Shown here one piece after another: positions 1-7,984 of a stretch of 64,000 nucleotides of DNA (positions are counted from its first letter, which is position 1; each line of letters begins with the position of its first letter). Source of the DNA: Clostridia bacterium (lineage in GTDB: Bacteria; Bacillota; Clostridia; Oscillospirales; CAG-272); contig JAFVRG010000010.1 of NCBI GenBank assembly GCA_017504405.1, positions 1,883-65,882 of the forward strand, written 5' to 3'. The notes under the pieces were generated by a model. The model was not told where the DNA came from, made no database searches, and worked only from the letters and a program-made list of their open reading frames with translations. The position numbers and the translations under genes are program-made.

Positions 1-568
1 GCCCGCAATGGCTAATATACTTATAGAAAAGCTCACGCCGTATCAACCGATGTTTATCGAGGAGCCGTGTCTGCCCGAAAACGTTGACTGCATGGTTGAT
101 ATAGCGAGAAAAACCAACATACCTATTGCGGCAGGCGAGCGTCTGTTCGGAAAATGGCAGTACCGTGAGCTGATTGAAAAGCGGGCGGTGAGCATAATTC
201 AGCCCGACCTCTGCCACGTTGGCGGAATATTCGAGGCACGAAAGCTTGCCGCTGTGATAGAAATGTATTACGGCACGGTTGCTCCGCACAACCCGCTCGG
301 TCCTGTTTCACTCGCAAGCTGCCTGCAGTTAGATGCGTGTATTCCCAACTTCCTCGTCCAGGAGCATCCCGGCAACGCCGACGGCTCCGACCTCGGTGTC
401 GGATATATTACCGAGCCGTTTGAGATAAAGGACGGATACATTGAGCTGTCTGGCAAGCCCGGTCTCGGCATCGAGCCGGACGAGGCGGCTATCAAAGAGA
501 AAATTTACGAGGGAAGCTGGTCAACGCCACGCCTTTATTTTGAGGACGGCAGTGTTGCCGATTGGTGA
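1..568 (+). CDS. Enolase-superfamily sugar-acid dehydratase (mandelate racemase/muconate-lactonizing family, D-galactonate/D-mannonate dehydratase-like), C-terminal part; 5' end outside window
   Basis: The frame is open to the window edge. FIEEPC, AAGER, IIQPDLCHVGG and APHNPLGPV segments resemble the C-terminal barrel of MR/MLE enzymes. SDR and KDPG aldolase genes follow. Confidence 0.7.
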   Translation, partial: PAMANILIEKLTPYQPMFIEEPCLPENVDCMVDIARKTNIPIAAGERLFGKWQYRELIEKRAVSIIQPDLCHVGGIFEARKLAAVIEMYYGTVAPHNPLGPVSLASCLQLDACIPNFLVQEHPGNADGSDLGVGYITEPFEIKDGYIELSGKPGLGIEPDEAAIKEKIYEGSWSTPRLYFEDGSVADW

Positions 569-572
569 GATT

Positions 573-1346
573 ATGAACAGGACAGTGCTTATAACAGGGG
601 CGTGCTACGGCACGGGATTTGCTATTGCGAGAAGATTTGCCCGTGAGGGGTACGACGTTATTATAACGGGCAGGGATAAGGAAAAGGCGGACGCCGCCGC
701 TAAGGCGATTTGCGAGGAATTCGGCGTCTGTGCCCTCGGTTACGCAACTAAGGAGTTTTCGCAAGACGAGGTTGTTTCGATTTTTGAGGACATAAGGGCG
801 GGCGGCAGGACGGTTAGCTCTGTTGTGCTCAATGCGGCAAACCTCGGAATCGGACAGGACAGCCTGTCGGTTTCTATTGAGGACTTCATGGGCGTTTACA
901 ATATAAACGTGGCTTTTAATTTTATGCTCTGCCGTGAGGCGGTCAAGGGTATGCGTGAGATTGGCGGCGGCTCTATTGTGTTCATAACCTCGAACTCCGC
1001 TCTGCGTGTGACAGAAAACCGTTGTGCGTATTGCTCGTCAAAGAGCGCAATTTTGGCTATGTCAAAGTCCTTTGCCGTTGATTTCGGAAAATACGGGGTG
1101 CGCTCAAACTGCGTGCTCCCGGGCTTGATAAAGACCGAGAGATGGGAAAAGAATCAGGGCAACGTAAAATACGCTCTCGCCAATTACACGCCGATTGAGG
1201 ATATTGCGGATTTTGAGGACATTGCGAATGCGGCGTATTTCTTCGCAAGCGAGCAATCAAAGAACATAACGGGAGCAGAGCTTGTCGTTGACGGCGGTAT
1301 GCTCGCTCAGCTGACACCGAATATAGAAAGGGAGCTTTGGAAATGA
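573..1346 (+). CDS. Short-chain dehydrogenase/reductase (SDR) family oxidoreductase
   Basis: Start moved to the ATG at 573 (MNRTVLITGACYGTGFAIA), which has GGTGAG upstream. It has a Rossmann TGxxxGxG-like motif and a YCSSK catalytic YxxxK. The 441 start would overlap the upstream gene. Confidence 0.85.
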   Translation: MNRTVLITGACYGTGFAIARRFAREGYDVIITGRDKEKADAAAKAICEEFGVCALGYATKEFSQDEVVSIFEDIRAGGRTVSSVVLNAANLGIGQDSLSVSIEDFMGVYNINVAFNFMLCREAVKGMREIGGGSIVFITSNSALRVTENRCAYCSSKSAILAMSKSFAVDFGKYGVRSNCVLPGLIKTERWEKNQGNVKYALANYTPIEDIADFEDIANAAYFFASEQSKNITGAELVVDGGMLAQLTPNIERELWK

Positions 1347-1993
1347 GAGAACAGATAATCAAGGCTATTGAAGAGAAAAAGCTGATTGTTATAGTCAGAG
1401 GAATTGAAAGGGAAAAGCTGATACCCCTCGCAGAGGCAATGTATGAGGGCGGAATTCGGCTGCTCGAAATAACGTACAGCGCAAACGGCTCGACACCCGA
1501 CGGGGAAACTGCGGACTGCATCCGCACACTCTCCGAGCATTTTGAAGGTAGAATGTACATAGGCGCCGGCACGGTGCTGACCGAAGGGCAGGTTGAGCTG
1601 ACGCATGCGGCGGGCGGAAAATTCATTATCTCACCGGATACAAATGCTGACGTCATACGAAAAGCAAGAGAGCTTGGTATGGTATCAATGCCCGGTGCGC
1701 TGACACCGAGCGAGGTGCAGGCGGCGCACAGGGCGGGGGCAGATTTTGTAAAGCTGTTCCCTGTTACCAATATGGGGACTGAGTACGTGAAGGCTATACG
1801 TGCGCCCCTCTCGCATATTAAGCTGCTCGCTGTCGGCGGTATTGACGTGAGCAATATGCAAAAATATATTGCGGCGGGCGTGTCGGGCTTCGGCATCGGC
1901 TCTAATATAATAGATAAGAAGGCTCTTGCCGAGGGCGACTACGGCAAGATAACGGAGCTTGCAAAAAAATACGTTGAAATATGTCAAAGCTGA
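1343..1993 (+). CDS. eda: 2-dehydro-3-deoxyphosphogluconate / 4-hydroxy-2-oxoglutarate aldolase
   Basis: The ATG at 1343 overlaps the SDR stop (ATGA), with AAAGGGAG upstream. IVIVRG, LLEITY, GAGTVL, FIISPD, PGALTPSE and ADFVKLFP are typical KDPG aldolase blocks. Confidence 0.85.
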   Translation: MREQIIKAIEEKKLIVIVRGIEREKLIPLAEAMYEGGIRLLEITYSANGSTPDGETADCIRTLSEHFEGRMYIGAGTVLTEGQVELTHAAGGKFIISPDTNADVIRKARELGMVSMPGALTPSEVQAAHRAGADFVKLFPVTNMGTEYVKAIRAPLSHIKLLAVGGIDVSNMQKYIAAGVSGFGIGSNIIDKKALAEGDYGKITELAKKYVEICQS

Positions 1994-2045
1994 GAAAAGC
2001 CGTGACGGTTACCCGTCACGGCTCTCTCACTTTTACAAGTGAATT

Positions 2046-2246
2046 TTACTTGCCGGATTTGATATCGTTCTCGTACTTCTCGATCATCTTCTTAACCATC
2101 TGACCGCCAACGGAACCTGCCTGACGTGCAGTGATATCACCGTTGTAGCCGTTAGAAAGGTTAACACCAACCTCGCTTGCAGCCTGCATCTTGAACTGGT
2201 CAAGTGCTGCCTTTGCTTCAGGAACGATTACTTTACTCTTAGACAT
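2046..2246 (-). CDS. Small acid-soluble spore protein, alpha/beta type
   Basis: The 66-aa product is MSKSKVIVPEAKAALDQFKMQAASEVGVNL...ITARQAGSVGGQMVKKMIE, which carries the canonical alpha/beta SASP signature. The longer 144-aa ORF start is rejected. Confidence 0.85.
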   Translation of the reverse strand: MSKSKVIVPEAKAALDQFKMQAASEVGVNLSNGYNGDITARQAGSVGGQMVKKMIEKYENDIKSGK

Positions 2247-2471
2247 TAGAAATCTCCCATTATATCTATTTTTCGAGGCGTCGGGCGTGATTGACACTTC
2301 TTCACTCTCGCCGTCTCTGCTATTATTGTTAGCAGTATAAACAGAATTATTATTGGAAGTTTCTGCCGATTGCAATAAAGAAAAGAAAAAGCAAAGGCGG
2401 GCGTATTTTTCAAAAATCTCAATCAAAGGCAATATATTTACGATGCATTTACAAAAAAAATTGCAAAGGTA

Positions 2472-2500
2472 TTGACACAAATCAATTCATTTGATAAAAT
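2472..2500 (+). promoter_or_regulatory. Sigma-A type promoter for the GH20 gene
   Basis: TTGACA (2472-2477), a 17-nt spacer, then TAAAAT (2495-2500) preceded by TGa (extended -10). It lies about 60 nt upstream of the 2562 start. Confidence 0.55.
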
Positions 2501-2561
2501 ACAGTCGTCAAGACGGGAAGCTGTTTCCTGCAAGGACGTACATTGTAAAAGGAGAGCTATA

Positions 2562-4181
2562 ATGAAAAAGGATTTTGACACTTTTGGCGTAATGATAGAT
2601 ATGTCCAGAAACGCCGTGATGAGCATAGACGGATTAAAAAGGTTTTTACCGCTTCTCAAAAGAATGGGGTACAACTGCGTAATGCTCTACACCGAGGACA
2701 CATACGAGGTAGACGGTGAGCCTTACTTCGGTTATATGAGGGGACGCTATTCAAAGGCTGAAATGAAGGAAATAGATGCATTTGCCTCAGAGCTCGGAAT
2801 GACCGTCATTCCATGCATACAAACGCTCGCTCACCTGAACGCTATCTTCCGTTGGGGAATGTTCCCGAGGGATTGCGACGACATCCTTATGACCGACGAC
2901 GAGCGCACGTATGAGCTTATTGACCGTATGCTTTCAACGCTCTCCGAATGCTTTAAGTCGAGAAAAATACATATCGGAATGGACGAGGCGTACATGCTCG
3001 GCAGAGGCAGGCATCTCGATGAATTCGGCTACGAAAAGGTAGACGATATTATGAAACGGCATCTTCACAGGGTTATTGAGATAGCCAAAAAATACGGCTA
3101 CGAGGTAATGCTCTGGTCGGATATGTTCTTCCGCTCCTGGAACAACGGTGCCATCCATATCCCTGAGAGTGTGGTACCAAAGGAGATAATCGAATCTGTT
3201 CCGAAGGAAGCAATACCCGTATATTGGGATTATTATCATACAAATGAGGAAGATTACAGCGGTATGATAAAAAATCACAAGCAGTTCTCGGACAAGACGT
3301 GGTTTGCGGGAGGCGCTTGGTGCTGGGAGGGTGTTATCCCCTTCAACCGTTATACGCTGGAAACGATGATACCCGCAATAGATGCCTGCAAAAAGCACAA
3401 AATACGCAACGTATTTATAACTATGTGGGGAGATGACGGCGCAGAATGCTCTCATTTTTCACAGCTCCCGTCGCTATATTACCTTTCGCAATATGCTAAG
3501 GGCATAACGGATGAGGAAAGGATAAAGGCGGGCTTTAAAAGACTTGTAGGCATTGATTTCGATGAATTTATGAATATAGACTGCCCCAACGACATAGTAC
3601 CCTATAACGATGGACCGAAAAACCCGTCGAAATATATGCTCTACTCGGACTATTTCAACGATTTCCTTGACTACACGGTAAAAGAGGGGGCAGGGGAGAA
3701 ATACGTTGAATATGCAAGCCAGCTCCGTGCAACGGCTAAAAAAAGCCGTAAATACGGCTACGTATTCAATACTGCCGCAGTGCTGTGCGACGTTATGGCT
3801 ATCAAGTACGAGCTCGGTCTGCGCACACGCAAAGCGTACGAGGCTCGCAACAAGGAGGAGCTCGAACGGCTCGCAAGAGAGGATTACGTAAGGGTTGAAA
3901 AGCTCATAAGGATTTACGGCAGAGCCTTCGAGAAGCAGTGGTTTTTGGACAATAAGCCACACGGATTTGACGTTCAGGACCACCGTATTGGCGCTCTCCT
4001 TTACCGTACAGATGCCTGCCGAAGAAGAATTTTAGACTATACGGGCGGCAAAATAGACCGCATCGAGGAGCTCGACGAGGCGCTACTACCGTTTAAGAAA
4101 GCCGAGCAGAGCGCAAGAATAAACAATGCTCCGCTCTATGCAACGGTTAATATCGTGCATCATTGCTCTGTGACCCCATAG
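2562..4181 (+). CDS. Glycoside hydrolase family 20-like (beta-N-acetylhexosaminidase-like), cytoplasmic
   Basis: Start at 2562 (MKKDFDTFGVMIDMSRN) with AAAGGAGAG upstream. GVMIDMSRN, MLYTED, IPCIQTLAHL and HIGMDEA (H-x-G-x-D-E) resemble a GH20 catalytic barrel. No signal peptide is visible. Confidence 0.65.
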   Translation: MKKDFDTFGVMIDMSRNAVMSIDGLKRFLPLLKRMGYNCVMLYTEDTYEVDGEPYFGYMRGRYSKAEMKEIDAFASELGMTVIPCIQTLAHLNAIFRWGMFPRDCDDILMTDDERTYELIDRMLSTLSECFKSRKIHIGMDEAYMLGRGRHLDEFGYEKVDDIMKRHLHRVIEIAKKYGYEVMLWSDMFFRSWNNGAIHIPESVVPKEIIESVPKEAIPVYWDYYHTNEEDYSGMIKNHKQFSDKTWFAGGAWCWEGVIPFNRYTLETMIPAIDACKKHKIRNVFITMWGDDGAECSHFSQLPSLYYLSQYAKGITDEERIKAGFKRLVGIDFDEFMNIDCPNDIVPYNDGPKNPSKYMLYSDYFNDFLDYTVKEGAGEKYVEYASQLRATAKKSRKYGYVFNTAAVLCDVMAIKYELGLRTRKAYEARNKEELERLAREDYVRVEKLIRIYGRAFEKQWFLDNKPHGFDVQDHRIGALLYRTDACRRRILDYTGGKIDRIEELDEALLPFKKAEQSARINNAPLYATVNIVHHCSVTP

Positions 4182-4271
4182 GCGCACAGATATTCTTAGG
4201 GAATTACCCGGCTTTAACGAGCATGGTTTACGCCGATTTTTTCAGCAGAGCTAACGGAGTTATTCCTCTAA

Positions 4272-4303
4272 AAACAAAAAGCCCCGAATCGGGGCTTTTA
4301 TTC
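4272..4303. terminator. Rho-independent terminator
   Basis: AGCCCC gaatc GGGGCT stem-loop with an A-run before and a T-run after. Confidence 0.7.
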
Positions 4304-4417
4304 TTTCAATAGGACGCACGTATTTTGAGCAGATTTTTTCGTTCTCCGACCCGAAGGCGTAGTTTACCTACGTCGAGCTTGGTCGGAAACGGAGAAAGAT
4401 GCCAAAATACGAAGTCC

Positions 4418-5920
4418 TCACTTGTTGTTGTAGCTATCCTTTACAAGCACGTCGTGCGCTCCGCCCTCGACTATCGATACCGAGCTGACGAGCGTGAGCT
4501 TCGCCTTTTCTTGGAGCTCTGCTATCGAGAGTGCGCCGCAGTTGCACATTGTCGATTTAACCTTTGCAAGCGTTACTGCCATATTGTCGTGCAGAGGTCC
4601 TGCGTACGGAACGTAGCAGTCAACGCCCTCTACAAACGAGAGCTTCTGCGCTCCGCCGAGGTCGTAGCGCTGCCAGTTTCTCGCACGGGCAGAGCCCTCG
4701 CCCCAATATTCCTTCATATACGTGCCGTTTATGAGCACCTTGCTCGTCGGGCTCTCGTCAAAACGTGAGAAGTATCTTCCGAGCATACAGAAATCACAGC
4801 CCATTGCAAGCGCAAGGGTGATATGATAATCGTGAACGATACCGCCGTCCGAGCAGATAGGAACGTAAATTCCCGTTTCCTTGAAATACTCGTCACGAGC
4901 CTGTGCCACGTCGATAACCGCAGTAGCCTGTCCTCTGCCTATACCCTTGGTCTCACGGGTGATACAGATAGAGCCGCCGCCGATACCGATTTTTATAAAG
5001 TCAGCTCCTGCTTCAGCGAGGAAGCGGAAACCCTCACCGTCAACGACGTTACCTGCTCCAACCTTTACGGTGTCGCCGTAGTGAGCACGAATCCAATCAA
5101 TAGTTCTCTTCTGCCACTCGGAATAGCCCTCGCTCGAATCTATGCAGAGCACGTCAACGCCTGCCTCAACGAGTGCGGGAACACGCTCGGCATAATCACG
5201 GGTATTGATGCCTGCGCCGACTATATAGCGCTTCTGCGAGTCGAGAAGCTCGAGCGGATTTTCCTTATGGCTGTCATAGTCCTTTCTGAACACGAAGGAA
5301 ACGAGGCAATCATTTTCATCGACTATGGGCAAGGAATTTAACTTGTTATCCCAGATTATATTATTACATTCCTTAAGAGTAGTTCCCTCGGGTGCGACAA
5401 TCAGCTTCTCACGGGGGGTCATAAAGGTAAATACCTTCTCGTCGGGGGACATACGGCTGACACGGTAGTCACGGGAGGTGACGATACCGAGAAGCCTTCC
5501 GTTTGCAGTGCCGTCCTCGGTAACCGCAACGGTGGAAAAGCCGTTCTGCTCCTTGAGCGCAAGTATATCCGCAAGGGTTGCATCGGGGCGTATATTTGAT
5601 GCGGAGGTGACAAAGCCTGCCTTATACGACTTGACACGGCGGACCATTGCCGCCTCATCCTCGATGGACTGCGAGCCGTAAATGAAGGACACGCCGCCCT
5701 CTTTTGCAAGGGCAACTGCCATTTTATCATCGGATACCGACTGCATTATTGCGCTGACGAGCGGAACGTTCATTGATATTGCGCTCTCCTCGCCCCGTTT
5801 GAATTTAACGAGCGGAGTTCTGAGCGACACGTTAGCGGGAATGCAATTAGAATCAGAGTATCCCGGCACGAGCAGATATTCACTAAACGTATGGGACGGT
5901 TTGTCGTAGTAGTAAGCCAT
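4418..5920 (-). CDS. guaB: IMP dehydrogenase
   Basis: Start at the ATG at 5920 ([20 protein letters not shown]) with AAGAGGTG upstream. There is a CBS-pair region, and the catalytic loop [13 protein letters not shown] lies in an IMPDH/GMPR-type barrel. Confidence 0.85.
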   Translation of the reverse strand: MAYYYDKPSHTFSEYLLVPGYSDSNCIPANVSLRTPLVKFKRGEESAISMNVPLVSAIMQSVSDDKMAVALAKEGGVSFIYGSQSIEDEAAMVRRVKSYKAGFVTSASNIRPDATLADILALKEQNGFSTVAVTEDGTANGRLLGIVTSRDYRVSRMSPDEKVFTFMTPREKLIVAPEGTTLKECNNIIWDNKLNSLPIVDENDCLVSFVFRKDYDSHKENPLELLDSQKRYIVGAGINTRDYAERVPALVEAGVDVLCIDSSEGYSEWQKRTIDWIRAHYGDTVKVGAGNVVDGEGFRFLAEAGADFIKIGIGGGSICITRETKGIGRGQATAVIDVAQARDEYFKETGIYVPICSDGGIVHDYHITLALAMGCDFCMLGRYFSRFDESPTSKVLINGTYMKEYWGEGSARARNWQRYDLGGAQKLSFVEGVDCYVPYAGPLHDNMAVTLAKVKSTMCNCGALSIAELQEKAKLTLVSSVSIVEGGAHDVLVKDSYNNK

Positions 5921-6000
5921 AAGCACCTCTTATTTTCAGTATAATTTATAATATTTTTTCAATTATAATGCAAGCGTGGGAAAAAGTCAAGCCCTTTTTA

Positions 6001-7389
6001 TCATTTTTCGTCAATTTTGTGGGAAATTTCGTCCTTTATGAAATCAAATGAAAGCATTGAGTAAATAAGCCACACGAGCGTAAGAATTATCGGCACGAGC
6101 CAGAAGCCGTCAAAGAGCGGTATTACCATCTCGCCCCCTGCGATATATGCAGAATCGGCGGGTACCTTCTTCGTAAACGCCATAAACACGGTGTTGGCGA
6201 GTGAGGAAAGCGACGAGAGCACCGCAAATACAAAGAACCACACAAGGCGCAGTCGCACCCTTCTGTGTATCAGCTCGGTTGCCCTCTCGTTATATTCTCT
6301 GCCCGTGTATTCCCTCACAACCGAATAGAGTGCGTATGAAAATACGGCAATGAATATTATAAACGCCAGCGTTTCAAGCGCCGATACGGCGATAACGCTC
6401 ATATATGTCGCCTCTGCCGCATCGGTTTTCGATATTGCATTGTAGTCGAATTTTGCGTGGAAATAATCCTGCACGATGACGCCGAAAAGCGAAAGGAGCG
6501 TATAGAGAAGCCCCGTTGCCATGAGCGCACGGAAGATCCGTTGGCTCACAAAGCGGAACGAGAAAATAGATGCGAGCAGTAAAATGAGTGCGCATATGAC
6601 GTCGGGCAGAATATTGATGCTGTCAAAGGTGATATCGAGAAATGCGCCGACACCGACTGCCGTGAGGTTGAGTATCGAAAACAGGCTGTTTTTCAGATGC
6701 CTGCGCCTGACCTCGCCGTCAATTTCAGAAAGGCGCTGACGGATAACCTCGTTTATACCCTCCGAGCGCAAAAGCGACACAATATAAGGGCAGGTAAATG
6801 CGATAAATGCGATGCCAAATATCAGTCCTACGGCAAAACAGATGCCTGCGGCAATTCCTACGTATGAGTTGTAATGCTCTGCTGCATCCATTGCGCTCGC
6901 AGGGAGCAAAAGAAGCGTGGGGAGAAAGCCAAGAGCCGAGCGTGCTATGACGAACACGAGAGTTGCGGATTTCGCATTTTTAAGGCGCTCCCCATCGAAT
7001 ATTTCGAGGACACCCTCCCGCTCGCCTATATACTCTATTCCCTTATAAAAGGTACGGAATGCAGGAATAGCAAATATCAGCTCGACAACTGCATAAGCGA
7101 GAGCTATTACCGTAAGAAGTGTCATTTCGCTCGAATGGTTTTTCTCTATCCAATTCATCAAAATCATAAAGGGGAAGCGTGAAATGCTTATCCATAGTAG
7201 CTTTTTAAAGAGCGAGCGTGCCTCTTTAAAATGCGGATAAATCTCGGACAGGTCGCCAAGCAACAGCAAAATCAGCGCATACCCTATGCAATCGGGCAAA
7301 TAATCGGTTATCGTATAAAGGGGGTTGGCGAGCAAAACAATTGACGCCACCGCCATTATTATACGTATTTTCAGCTTTTTATCGCTCAC
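6001..7389 (-). CDS. Polytopic membrane protein, unknown function
   Basis: 462-aa ORF with many hydrophobic segments. Its start overlaps the stop of the upstream ORF by 4 nt. No motif was recognised. Confidence 0.55.
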   Translation of the reverse strand: MSDKKLKIRIIMAVASIVLLANPLYTITDYLPDCIGYALILLLLGDLSEIYPHFKEARSLFKKLLWISISRFPFMILMNWIEKNHSSEMTLLTVIALAYAVVELIFAIPAFRTFYKGIEYIGEREGVLEIFDGERLKNAKSATLVFVIARSALGFLPTLLLLPASAMDAAEHYNSYVGIAAGICFAVGLIFGIAFIAFTCPYIVSLLRSEGINEVIRQRLSEIDGEVRRRHLKNSLFSILNLTAVGVGAFLDITFDSINILPDVICALILLLASIFSFRFVSQRIFRALMATGLLYTLLSLFGVIVQDYFHAKFDYNAISKTDAAEATYMSVIAVSALETLAFIIFIAVFSYALYSVVREYTGREYNERATELIHRRVRLRLVWFFVFAVLSSLSSLANTVFMAFTKKVPADSAYIAGGEMVIPLFDGFWLVPIILTLVWLIYSMLSFDFIKDEISHKIDEK

Positions 7390-7958
7390 TTTTCGTCCTC
7401 CCCGTCAGGCAGAGTTATCCACATATAGCAGGAATAAAGAAGCCTCAAATTAAGTGCGATATAGACAATTCCTATGCACACGGTAACTATCGTTAAGACG
7501 AGCACGGTCTTCGCCGCCGCCACCGAGTCCTTGGGTAAAAGGGTGGGAAAAACGTTCATTATTATAAGAGGAACGTAGAAGATAAGCGATAGCTTCCTTT
7601 GAATTATCGCTCGTCCCCTTTGGTCGGGGAGCTGTGTTTCACGGGATATTTCCTCAACACCCAGCAAAAGCACCCAGGTAAATACCGCCATAACTATCGG
7701 GTGTATCAGAACGAAAACAGAAATTGCCGTATTTACGTTAAAATGCAAAAGCGACAAAATCTCAAGAACCGCAAAAGGCAGAGAAGCCGCAACCATCAAA
7801 AGGTCGATGTACAGGGCGTTTTTGAAATGCCTGTTGTACGCTGAGAGCTTTTGCAGTCCCAAAAACATAATAAGAGAGGAAAGACACCAGAAGATGCCCT
7901 GCTTGGTTATGAAATTAAGAGATAGAGCGTAGCCTATGAACAGTGTGCCAAATCCCAT
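7386..7958 (-). CDS. Polytopic membrane protein, unknown function
   Basis: 190-aa hydrophobic ORF, translationally coupled to 6001..7389. Confidence 0.55.
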   Translation of the reverse strand: MGFGTLFIGYALSLNFITKQGIFWCLSSLIMFLGLQKLSAYNRHFKNALYIDLLMVAASLPFAVLEILSLLHFNVNTAISVFVLIHPIVMAVFTWVLLLGVEEISRETQLPDQRGRAIIQRKLSLIFYVPLIIMNVFPTLLPKDSVAAAKTVLVLTIVTVCIGIVYIALNLRLLYSCYMWITLPDGEDEK

Positions 7959-7984
7959 TTTTTCTCCTCTCGCTGTCGTGTGAG

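Noticed and set aside
441-572. Upstream extensions offered by the ORF track (441, 2472, 18565, 23879, 31567, 40815, 43787, 43832, 59874, 60754 and 63545 starts)
   Set aside because: In each case an internal ATG or GTG has a proper AGGAGG-like RBS and matches the family N-terminus, while the extension crosses promoters, terminators or the neighbouring gene.
4325-4417. Imperfect long hairpin TTCTCCGACCC...CGTAG tttac CTACG...GGTCGGAAACGGAGAA downstream of guaB as a fifth hairpin-array locus or the guaB terminator
   Set aside because: It has no repeated spacer word. On the guaB strand the hairpin is followed by an A-run rather than a U-run. It is a structured 3' region only, with function undetermined.
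5921-6000. Purine riboswitch upstream of guaB; lysine riboswitch upstream of dapA (18434-18497)
   Set aside because: The leaders are only about 60-80 nt of A/T-rich promoter sequence, too short for these aptamers, and they lack the conserved cores.
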